A DNA stretch of 64,000 bases. It comes from Schmidtea polychroa (Eukaryota). The stretch spans positions 24,492,001 through 24,556,000 of the forward strand of contig CM097885.1 of NCBI GenBank assembly GCA_044892525.1, read 5' to 3'. Both the position numbers and the translations under genes were made by a program. The stretch's first letter is position 1; each line of letters starts with the position of its first letter. Positions 1-11,127 of the stretch are shown one piece after another. The notes beneath the pieces are model-generated. The model was not told the DNA's origin. It made no database searches and worked only from the letters and a program-made list of their open reading frames with translations.

Positions 1-555
1 ATCTTGTCGGATAAACACAGAGTATATATAATAATAATCCCTGTGTTTCAAAGACCTTTATTTTCAAATAATAATATCTCTTGTCGGGAACTCTCAAATT
101 TCATATTAAAAAAAAATGAACTTTACATTAAAAAATTTGACCTTGAAAAGAATTTTAAAAATTTCCCCTAGGAGGGGTGGGTGGAGGGTATGTGATCCAG
201 CGGAGTCCTGATCTAGCGGTGCCCTATCTATCTACTCTAAATAGATATTTCGCAAATATTTGGAGTATATTTAGAAAATTGAACATATTCTACTTCATAA
301 TGAAAGACGAGCGACGATTAAACTTCATTGAACAAAATACAAAAATAGACTCGGATCCACGACATATATGAGAATACAACTGACCAATATTGTGCCTGAT
401 ATAAAAAAAATTTTTAATTTAAGAACCCAAAATCATCAAAGTCGTTAGGAGTTTTATTTATTTGTATTTTTATGTTTATTAAATAATTAATATTTCTTTA
501 ATAACATTTTTTATTTTTATTTATACTATTATGAATTACCCAACCTAAAAAATAA

Positions 556-623
556 GCTAAGTGTTCTGCCAAAATTTTCGGATTTGCCAAGTGTTCCGTC
601 ACTGAAAAATTTGGTAAACCCTG
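556..623 (-). mobile_element. Single end of a hAT-type non-autonomous element
   Basis: Reverse strand begins CAGGGTTTACCAAATTTTTCAGTGACGGAACAC, resembling the hAT MITE ends at 2044 and 30520; no partner end or TSD was found. Confidence 0.4.
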
Positions 624-629
624 GTCTAG

Positions 630-1562
630 TGAAATCTAAATCTGTAAGCCTTGGTCGATATGGTGCTGAAATGATTGCTGCGTTGTGGAATCCAAAGGGA
701 ATTTTACGTACTCAAAATGTCCGATGGATGTAATTAGTGACCTTTTTGGATTATTTTCAGTAAACGCAAGTATTTGGTTGTAAGGCTTTACGTAAATCAA
801 TTTTGGAGGATATGGTGTTACCGTGTAGATTATTTATATATCGGTAATAAAAAGCATAGGGTATGCGTCGTGCATAACTGATTGTTGAAATGTTGTTGAA
901 ATGTGATAAAAAACGTTGTTTTGTAAAATTTTATTTTTGTTTAAATTTAAACTATTAAAGCATTTCGAAGTGATAAGTTTGGTAATTTTCCCTTTCCTGG
1001 AACGTAATTTGTTTTATCTGTGATACTGTAATACAAAGATGATCAGTAAGATCCTTCTATAACACATTGACAGATTTAACAGAGAGTGGTATATTTCTGG
1101 CGATTATAGTTCTATCTCTACAATCTACTAAGTATCCGAAGAACGCAAAAACATTTGCTCCGAGGATAGGTTGTAAAGTGTTACCTATTGTGAAATTTGA
1201 TTTGATTTGAGTGTTAATGGTTTCTAATTGAAATGTAAGGTTGAATTTAGAAATGTCAATACTATTAGCTGCTTTTGATTTACCTATGGGAATAGAGGAT
1301 GATGCAAAAGAAAGTAGTATTATTGAAAATGGCAACAGCATAAGCTTAACGGCATTTGTATGAGATCTTGTTAGGTTTTTTCGTAGTTGCAACAGTCGAG
1401 ACATTTGCGGACTTTACTGCCGAAGATAAAATGAAAAACACTGAGAAACATGATCTTTACATCGTCATTTTTGGCCAATCGCAGCCTATGCAACCTTTTG
1501 TTGCTGAATCTTTTTGTTTAAAATGGAAAATCAATAAAAACCTATGGTTTGATTTATTTATC

Positions 1563-1659
<97 letters not shown>

Positions 1660-1930
1660 CGTTATATTTGTGAGAGCCTCTTGGGCTATAATATGAAGAC
1701 ACTTCTAGTTGAAAAGATGTAATTTGATCTATTATGAGTAAATCTGCATTGTTAATTGATGTGTTTGACGGTTCCGGAATATTTGGTGTGATTTTATCGG
1801 ATACCACAGCCAGGTCCACTATGGAAGTTTTATCGGACCCCGGCAGAATAGGACGGACTGCAGGGAATAGCAATGATTTTATTACATAATGCTTGTAAAA
1901 CTTCTGTTGGTAGCAATGACATAACAAATT
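630..1930 (-). pseudogene. Highly decayed Gypsy gag-protease-RT relic
   Basis: Minus-strand fragments with frameshifts: PILGANVFAFFGYLVD (retropepsin C-terminal half), HDAYPM, SKIDLRKA and KIPFGFHNAA (RT motifs). Interrupted by a (TTA)n tract. Confidence 0.6.
1563..1658. repeat. (TTA)n microsatellite
   Basis: About 30 perfect TTA units; source of the poly-L and poly-N ORFs. Confidence 0.97.
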
Positions 1931-2043
1931 ATGCTTTTGTACTCTGTGTGATGCGTTTTTTAGAAAATAAAATTTCGCTTAGTAATAACCATGTTAAGTT
2001 AATATTATATTAATAAGTGTAAAACCAAATGGTTTATCTAGAA

Positions 2044-2755
2044 CAGGAGTGGCCAACCGGTGGCCCGCATGCTTTAATATTTTGAAAATATAATAAAAAC
2101 TTTTTAAAATACGATATAATACAAAAAATGTAATAAATGGAACACAAAGAATATATAGTTAATAATTACAATACAAACTATAAAAATTTTTATCAAAAAA
2201 ACGAAACCTAACCAATAAATTAAAAAGGTAAATTCTCACTGAAAGACATTTGCCCTGAATAGTTAAAACGTAATGTTTTTGTGCAAGAATGTTTTTTGAA
2301 TGTAAAGTTTTAAATATCTCTTTCTTTTCTTTTTTTCAGTTGGTAGCTTTACGAACTGTAGTAAAAAATGTAATAATGGGCCGCCGGTAAATATTGAACA
2401 AAATTTATTGTTTATTTCATATTTTTATCTATTTTAACCAATTAGTTTTGTATGCTACATTTTGAAAATTTGCTCGATTCATTATGCTTTATAATCAGGG
2501 CTATCAAGTATAAATTGTGCCAGTTTATCCTGTACCTAAGAAGCATAATTTATTTAACATGCACGCAAATGCTTTATTGTTTTTTTAGCGGTTGTCTCAG
2601 ACCCCACTACGGGCTATTACTGCGCTTCTCCTGTTCCTTAGTTGGAATTAGCACAGAAGCATTAGTTAAAAATTTACGCCTTTCAAACCTGCGGCCCGCC
2701 GCATTATTCAAAAATATTGTAATGGCCCTTTTACCAAAAAGGTTGGCCACCCCTG
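2044..2755. mobile_element. hAT-type MITE
   Basis: TIRs CAGGAGTGGCCAACC / GGTTGGCCACCCCTG (14 of 15 match); 8-bp TSD ATCTAGAA at 2036-2043 and 2756-2763. Confidence 0.93.
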
Positions 2756-3609
2756 ATCTAGAACGTTTACAAACCCATCAACCATGGGAAATAAAATTAT
2801 GAAATTATTTAACTTATTGCTACGGTTGCACTCGATAGAAATAAGCACTATATCAGGAACTCGAGATTACCCGAATCTATAACTTGTTGGTGCCTTTCAT
2901 GGAACTAAATCTTCATTCATGTAAGGTAGTTCAAAATTTCTATTTAAAAATAAATATATAAATGCTATAAGTGTGATCAGTTAGTTGAAATAACTATTAG
3001 AGTTAAGTTAGTATATTAAAATCAAAATATTAAATTATATCATATTATATTAAACTATATTAAACTATTTTAAATTAAACCAATTATATGTATGATCAAT
3101 AATTGCATTAATATTAATAACTACTACGCCTCAGCTGTTTAAATTTTCCGAAAAAATGAGAGAATATAAAACTGTAATTAATAAATAAATGTTGAAAGAA
3201 GACTTGAATTTAATTGCGTTTAACAGTTCACAAGGAGCACTAAAACTGGTATAAATAAGAGTTTCAGCAAATGCATAAAAAAAAGCATTTAAATACTGTG
3301 TCGAATTTCTCACTCACTATTAAATTCTTAACAACCGGTAATTGAGACTGTAAAGATTTGATATCAATTCATAAGCGGCAAAATAGTGACTGAAGCTTAA
3401 ATAACTTCATTGAGTAACATGGTACTTTGAAGATCCTTAACCAATAATTCACTCTTTGAATCTTCTCTAGATGATAATCTAAAATTCATTTGAGCTTAGA
3501 AATTCTCTGTTACTTCACAGTACATGCTTCGGAGAATTTCTTTCTTATCAGCAACATCTGGTACACTATGAGACCCGGTGATTATGCTTTGTTTTGATTT
3601 GATTCATTC

Positions 3610-3627
3610 TGGTAGCAGAGCGTGGTT
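3610..3627 (+). promoter_or_regulatory. Primer-binding site complementary to the initiator tRNA-Met 3' end
   Basis: TGGTAGCAGAGCGTGGTT, the typical animal tRNA-iMet PBS; lies just after a CA (3605-3606) and upstream of the ubiquitin-gag region. Confidence 0.75.
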
Positions 3628-3820
3628 CTGGCTATTCAGCCAGAACAAAGTAACACATGATTGTTGTCTTTATTATATTTTGTATTTTTAAATTTATGTA
3701 CATTAAATTAAATTTTAATATAAGTTTAAAAATGTTAAAGGCTAATAAATGTAACTTTTTCGGCGAAACATTTACCCTAGGGCCTTCCCTTCCAAAAAAT
3801 TATAAAAATAATAAAAAGAA

Positions 3821-4033
3821 ATGTTTTCAAATATTTATAAAATCTTTGTCAGGAAAGACTATTACAATTAAGGTTGAGTCAAGTGACACCATTAAAAATG
3901 TAAAAGATAAGATTCAGGAAAAAGAAGAGTCAATTTTGCTTGTAAAGCATTAAAAGACGGCTTTACTTTATCAGACTATAGTATTAAGAGAAAATCTACG
4001 CTACGTCTGGTCTTGGGTCTTACAGCGGGAGGT
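3821..4033 (+). pseudogene. Ubiquitin-like domain (frameshifted) at the N-terminus of BEL/Pao gag
   Basis: [34 protein letters not shown], then after a frameshift [28 protein letters not shown]; colinear with ubiquitin. Confidence 0.85.
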
Positions 4034-5662
4034 CTGGTATCAGATGCGGAGTTCGAGGCCGGTTACAGAAAACGAACAGGGTTGAAGATTGCATTTACGG
4101 AACAGGGCTTTAGCAGATAGGGTGGACATTACGGAAGAACAAAGGAGAAGTATGAAAATCTCATGACAGAATTCGAGCAGCTGAAGAATAATGTCCTGAA
4201 GTTAGGACGAGAGAAGGTAGTGAAAGAAATTGAAGCAGATCTGAAACGATTAGAAGCGGATTTTAGCAGAATTGGTTTATCTATTCTTCACGTAGAAGAA
4301 AGAAAGTTTTAAAGTGGAATCACTGAAGGTCACAGAAAAATCATTTAGGAGTAAAGACCCTAATGAAAAACCGAAGTTAATAGTGGGATTGAAGCCCTTA
4401 TAACTTCCGATATATAATGGAGGAGTAAATGAATACTTGGCGTGGCGATCAATAGTACAAGCCTGCATTGAAGATACGGACGAGCCTAGCCAAATAAAGT
4501 ACTTATATCTAAGGCAATATTTGAAAGGAGAGGCTCTAAGACTAATATTGAAGCGTTTGAAGCCGCAGTGAAGCGGTTAGACCAGCGATATGGCGGTGCC
4601 GAAAGAAATTATTCAATGATGATGGAGTTCGTGCAGCGCTTTTATCCTATCAGAAACAATGAGTTGAAGGATCTCGATAGGTTTTCCGAATTGCTTCAAA
4701 ACTTAATATTGAGATTGAAAGTCTTGAATAAAAAGCAGAAGTTAAAAGATGGCATGATGTATCAATGCTTTTTAAAAAATTGCGAGAGATAATGATTGTT
4801 CAGTGGGAACGTAACATTGAGACAGGCAGGGAAAGGACGGTTGAAAGCTCGGCACAGTGGATCGAAAGTGAAGCAGAAAACACCGTAGAGCAATCAGTGT
4901 CTTGTTTGGAGAAAGACCAACAAAAAGTAGAAACATAAAACCAACAACAAACTTCGGAAATGCGAATAGGTACACTAACTTTGCGGACAGTGGGCGAAAG
5001 ATAGAAGTTAGTAGTGTGCGTAAAAAAGGGAACCAACCTGTATTAAATGTGAAGGAAGCCATTACTTAAACCAATTTTCAGAGTTCCTAAATCTGAATTT
5101 CAAGGAACGACATGAGTTTATGGCCAAGAAGCAACAGCTCACATGGTTCGAGAATGTGAAAAACCGTGTTTTTGTAAGGACAGGGACTGTACTTGAAAGC
5201 ATCATAATTTTCTCCATGACTCAGAGGACAAAATTGATGAAAATCAAGAGCCGAACAATGAAAACACGTCAATGATGACTCCTCAAGATAGACAGAGTCA
5301 GAAGATGTATTTTATTTTACAAACTATTTCTACAAAGTTAATTCATAAAGGGAGAGGGATCAGAATCAATGCATTACTGGACGGATTGCTGAACTGACTT
5401 CTAGACCCAAAACTCTAAGTTGTGACTGAAATGCGTAGGTACATAACATGCAAAAAGCAAAAAGTATAGTTAAATATAAAAAATACACCAATTAAACAAT
5501 ATTAATTAAAAGAGAAAACAGCAAAAATATAAACACAGAAATTAAATAAAATTATACAAAAGCAAGAAGTTATGCAAAATCGAACTCAAAAATAACCAAA
5601 TAAACATAGAGTTACAAAAAACAGACTCGAATAACTTAAAAGACGGGGAAAACAGTAAAAAA

Positions 5663-6071
5663 TTCCAGAAAAACCCAGAACATTCCATAAAATGGCGATG
5701 ACCATCATAAAAGCCATCTAGAGCAATAAAAGTTAGAAAAATAAATAAATTAGTAATAAAAATAAAAAATCTTAAAAAGAAATTCAGAAAACATCAGTTA
5801 AAATAAAAATTAAATTAAAAGTAATATGGAATGTTCTGGAACCGTTCCAAATCCATCATGGACGTAAAAATAACAAGAAATAATTAAAAAATAAAAATTT
5901 AAAAATAAAAACAAAAATTATGGCACAAAAATTGCCATTAAAAATATCAAAATCGCAAAATAGAAAATTCTGGAATAAAAAGAATTCGAGTTTGTTTTAA
6001 TGCATCAATACATACACGTGTACTTGCACACACAAAAATAGGTATATATACCGACGCATTTTAGTCACAAT
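5663..6071 (+). promoter_or_regulatory. Putative promoter of copy A: heat-shock elements, E-box, TATA box
   Basis: GAAtgTTCtgGAA (5829-5841), GAAaaTTCtgGAA (5963-5975), CACGTG (6015-6020), TATATATA (6043-6050); all conserved in copy B. Confidence 0.6.
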
Positions 6072-7849
6072 TAATCTCTTTATGCCAAATTTTTAATTCT
6101 TCTCAACTTCGGAATAATAGTAAGATTTTTCTTGTATTTGTTATATGTATTGTATTTGTTATATAATTTAAGTTTGATAATCATGCCTATTCTATTTAAT
6201 TTATTCCAATATTAGTTGAATGTAAGAGTGTTCAGAGACACATAGATTCATCTGCGTCTCTGCTCAGTCGTGCATTCAACTACATCTTTTAACTATTGGC
6301 ATTTCACATGCAGACACGCATTATCTATATTATAGTTTATTCTTTTTGTTCGGTCATCGTAGGTCGTCCACTTCAATGGTTCTGCCTTGGAGTTGTGTCG
6401 ATAAAATCCCTCCGCTATGGCTTTAATTATTTATCATCGGTCGACCACGGTAGGTTTCGACCTGACATAACATTAAGGTTTGTCGTAGTGGTCACAGTGG
6501 GGCCATGAAAGCAAACACTCTTCCCGACTTCAAAGCATGACATAATTAAAATCAACATTAAAAATCTCTACAACACAAACATCCTAAGGTTAATAAACAG
6601 AGTAGAACTCAGACCTAAATTAATCACAACTCAACACTCATACCTAATGTGGACGGTTGAATTCATCAAAATTCGGCCTATGCGTTGTCGAACATAGATT
6701 TGGAGATGTCCCAAATAAAAGTTCTAGTAAAATAATGATTTCCTTCAATGATTGATTTAGTAATACGGGCCTTCATGAAAGTGTTAGACATGCGTATCGG
6801 CAGGGTTTGGATGTTAAATTGAATCAACTTCAAACGAACGATAAAAATACTAACCGTAGTAGTATAAAACTCCATAGAACCATGAATTGTATTTATAGTT
6901 TTAGTTACTTTTGAAGAGAAATTCGGATTAATTATAAATGTATAAATCATAAATTTAACTTCTGGAAATTATAAATTACTAATTTATATTAACGTTAAAA
7001 ACTATAAACTATAACCTATGTCAATTATAAAATATAAATCATGAATAGTGCTATATAAATAGTAAATGTATCCAATCCTTAAATACTTGTATATAAATTT
7101 ATAAATTGTAAATAGTCATGTATAAATTATAAATGTATCGGGGTTATAAAATATAAGTTATAAATAATTATATAAAAATTTTTTTGATTATAAAATATAA
7201 AGTATAGATGGTTGCACCTAACTTATGCATGAATCTTGATGCTCGGAAATAGAACCCATAATTAGCTATAGATAAATTCTGTCTACGAAAATAGTAATTC
7301 TAAATAATTATATAAAATTTTTGATTACAAAATATAAAGTATAAATGATTGATTACAAAATATAAAGTATAAATGATTGAATATAAATTATACATATATC
7401 TTGATTTTATAAAAATAAACTATATATAAATTTTGATCATAAAATATAAAGTTAAATGGTTATATATAGAGGTTGAGTATAAAATATAAATAGTTATATA
7501 TATATAACTTGTAAATATAGAACTAAATCATAACTGGCTATATATCAATTTTGATCGAAAACTATGAAGTATAAACAGCTATATATAAATTGAGTATAGA
7601 TCTTAATTAGTAAAATGTGAATTAGAGATAACCATTTGTAAAGTATAGAAACATAATTCATGAACCATACCTAAAGTATAAACTAGAATTCATATTAACT
7701 ACCCAGGTTCCGAACGTAACCTGCAAAATTTGTAAAGTCTAATATCAGTCACCTCCAGAGATATGATCCTATGCCAAGGATATGAAATATAAATTTTTGT
7801 TAAATTATAAATTCTAAATGCATACAAATTAAACAAAGAAATATAATTC

Positions 7850-7994
7850 GTATTAGTATTATCATTATTGTTATTATTATTATTGTCAGTATTATCACTA
7901 TTATTACCCTTATTATTATTATTGTTAGTGTTATTATTATTATTATTATTATCATTATTATTATTATTATAATTATTACTATTATTATTCTTCA

Positions 7995-8051
<57 letters not shown>

Positions 8052-8060
8052 TATTTATTA
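7850..8060. repeat. Degenerate (TTA)n microsatellite inside copy A
   Basis: Visible TTA tract at the same relative position as the tract in copy B. Confidence 0.9.
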
Positions 8061-9748
8061 GTAACTTCCAAAAATCCAAATTTGATTGAATAATCGATTT
8101 AGGATTTCCCCTCACAACTAAATTTAGAACCTACCCTTTTGCCCCAATAAGAATGATCATAATTCCTAAAGTCTATTTTTAGTAACACCCCCCCCCCTCG
8201 GAGAAAATGCTAGGACTATTAATTAAATAAGAACATGGGTGGATACATCTATATAGATATGTGTGTAAACGTAGGTAACTATACGTATATAATAAGTTAA
8301 TTTAACCCAAGCTTATCAGTGACGGATACATCTTAGTTAACTTAGCGGCCCCAGAAATTAAAAGCCATGTAAAACCTACATTGTTGACTTAAACTAATTC
8401 ATCGAGAACACTAGGAATGCATTGAGACAGCCGATACCAACTATTGAACTCCACGGAATCAACTGCATGAATTATCGATAAATGACAAAAGTACATCTTA
8501 CTTAAAATTAAAAGCGTTATCAAAAGGGAATACTAAATTAAATTATTCAGCAAAATTTCTAACATAATTAGATACAAATCAAACTAAAGATACCAACACA
8601 GAGTCATATAAAATTCCTTAAAGGCTTTGAACAATCGACCATTCCGTCCGAGTGAAAGATTTCCACCAAATATATCTAAAATCGAAAAGTTATTATTGAT
8701 AAATAAAGTACTTACAAGTTAATCAAAGGGGATTACACCACTCATGACGAGCACAACCGAGGGATAAGTAAGTAAAATGAGAAGCTAGGCTCGTCAATGA
8801 TACTTATCGCCCCAGTGTACCCGAATTTAGTGGTAAAATATCGGAATACAAAAGAAAAAAAAATTATATATACATATATAGGCAGAAAATTAACTGATTG
8901 CATTTTAAATTACCATCTAGTGGTAAACAAAATTCGGAAAATTCAAGTGGTTAAGTTAAACAAAATGAATTTTCAATAAATTTTTGAGATACTATCAGAT
9001 AAGGTATAGGATTCATTACATTGATATTTAGGGTTAACTAAAGTTTTTATTAAAAGGATAAAATGAAAAAATTTAAATTCGAAATTCTAAGTTATAGTTA
9101 TTCCACTAGTCGTATTACCCCATTTAATTCGGCAACCAAATTACAAATCTAAGAGGTAGATAATTTAGAATAAAAAGTTGGAATGAAGAACTCCGTGACT
9201 GAGGCCCTTGTCCATACGTTTTATCATCGTGTCATTCGATAACTTTCATAAACATCATGTCAAAATCAAAACTTGGACAATACCATGGCACTACCAATGT
9301 TTCCGTCCGCCCGTCGATGTTTTCGTCGGTTGTTCTAGCATTCGTAGCGTCAAACGATGGCAGTGTGCGTTAGTAGGTCGGGAGGAGCGTTAACAAAAAG
9401 CCTGTGTTTAAAGACTCATCTCAGTCTGTTGGTGGGTTACAGGTACTGAAAAATCTTTACCCCCTCATGCTGTTTCCAGCGTAACCCAGAATACAATTTA
9501 TAGCCGACCACTTGATACCCGTTGAGCAATCAACGTTGGTACTGTATCAAGGGTTTCGGCACTAGCAAAAAGTGAGCATGCCTAGCATACTATAATTGTC
9601 TAGTACCCACTAGGGTTCACGGACTGCCGATAGAAGGCCTATGTCCGTTTTTCTTTAGTCCCCATTCCGAAAATCAACATTATGGCAAATTCGAAATGCC
9701 CAGATATGAATACACCCGTAATATTTATTCACAACACAAAATCAAAAC

Positions 9749-10211
9749 TCATAGAGTTATAGTCGGTTCTTTCGGTGCAGACTCTGACGCAGTAGCCTTG
9801 AGCGTCACTTGGGCCTGACAGGCTTGGCGGATTCTCGCCCGCGCCGCTTTACCCGGCCGGATCTTCTTCTTCGAGATCTTCGACGCTGCGCATTCCTTTC
9901 GTTGGTGGAGCAGCTCATTCATAGGGCGGATCCTGGAGATGACCTCTCGATCAAGGTTTTGTTGGTGCGACTGGACCTCCAGCTCTCTCACTCTCAGGCG
10001 GAGGGCCCGCAACTCAACTTGATCTTGGGCGCTCTGGAGTTGCAATTGAGTGATGAGTTTCATTCGCTTCTTCATCTCTGTGGGCGGGAACCAGGTGCTC
10101 TCGAAATTTCGGCAATGGGCCTTAAGTCGCATTAACTTGGCCCGATATTCTTCTACCTGTTGTTGCGCCCTCTCTCTGTCTGCTCTCATTTCTTCCAGGA
10201 GTTTTAACACT
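9749..10211 (-). CDS. Element ORF2, copy B: coiled-coil protein with basic C-terminus, function unknown (probably a spliced exon)
   Basis: Open frame homologous to ORF2 of copies A and C (WFxPxEMKKR, QLQxQxxQDQxExRAL); begins just after TTATTTCAG, with no shared ATG. Confidence 0.75.
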
Positions 10212-10662
10212 GAAATAAGTAAAAATTAGTATCCTTTCGCACTTTCGTCAAGTATCCACGTTATATCGCTAACACCATTGTGGCATAAGCTATAATCTCC
10301 CCGTCGCAGCCCGCATCAGTGCGCACCTAAACCCCAAATCCAGTCCTATGAGTTTCACTAAGATGTTATGAGGTTGGTAATAATAGTCAACATTTAGAGG
10401 AATATCAGTATATACGTATACAATAAGGGAATCCAAACAATTAGCTTAATATTAATAAACAAAACATAAAAGAACAACACTTTGCACATAGGTTAAAAGA
10501 AAATCAAATACAGAATTGCATGACAACCCCACTTTACACTGCGATGATAACGAAGTCGAGACATGCTAATCATTATAGTGAGTAAGATCATTATTATCAA
10601 TGGTATCGGAAAGCGAGTCCACTCGAAGTCGTATCACAAGGTGCGGATATTTGGCCCGGCGA

Positions 10663-11127
10663 TTATCTTGGTTGAATTGGGCGGGTTTTCCGCGGACGCC
10701 CGCGTTTTCTCGCCGGTTCCGCTCCCCGTCGAGAAGTTCTTAGGTACCCCAGCCCCCGGCGAAGAGCTGCGGTCCGCTTTGGGTGGCACTGGGCTCGGGC
10801 GTAGCCGTCGATGTCTTCCAACTCGCCGGCCAGGACTGATGTTTCGAGCCGGTCCAGTCGGTCTACCGCCTCCTTCACATTGTCGAAGGCGTCGCTCAGA
10901 GCCAGTGACGTATAGTTAATATACGGTTCGATCTTCGGGGTCACTGGAACCACATTCTGGTAGGTCCAATCGTGGATTTTGTACCATATCCACCGGGACC
11001 TTAGGCGAGCAACCTCTGCATCCTCCCGTAATCGTACGGCTTCGTCTGTTTCCTCGCGAGCTGGTCCGCGGCTTGAATCGGAGGATGAGGGTCCGACCTG
11101 TGCTTTCCATACCATGGTGTTGGACAT
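10663..11127 (-). CDS. Element ORF1, copy B: orphan protein with C-terminal AT-hook
   Basis: RLRSRWIWYKIHDW motif and RKRGRPRK shared with copies A and C; ATG at 11127 follows the acceptor-like TTTTATCATTGCAG. Confidence 0.78.
   Translation of the reverse strand: MSNTMVWKAQVGPSSSDSSRGPAREETDEAVRLREDAEVARLRSRWIWYKIHDWTYQNVVPVTPKIEPYINYTSLALSDAFDNVKEAVDRLDRLETSVLAGELEDIDGYARAQCHPKRTAALRRGLGYLRTSRRGAEPARKRGRPRKTRPIQPR

Larger units (their letters stand above)
3610..5386 (+). mobile_element. BEL/Pao LTR retrotransposon relic (gag to start of protease), 3'-truncated
   Basis: LPIYNGGVNEYLAWRSIVQACIE...IKYLYLRQYLKGEALRLI and AVKRLDQRYG (DUF1759-type gag), CIKCEGSH and KHHNFLH zinc-knuckle remnants, RINALLDG protease motif cut off at element A. 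Contains stops and frameshifts. Confidence 0.8.

Noticed and set aside
1356..1927. Poly-Leu and poly-Asn ORFs (also 7699-8115 and 12598-12980)
   Set aside because: Translations of TTA/TAA microsatellites.
3131..3600. Possible exon or transposase fragment on the minus strand
   Set aside because: No recognisable motif; may simply be the BEL/Pao LTR, whose left boundary I could not define.
6430..6505. Second hammerhead-like motif on the minus strand (GGTC GAAA CC...GGTC)
   Set aside because: CUGANGA core incomplete and no stem I; similar partial motifs near 35920 and 40537 also fail.
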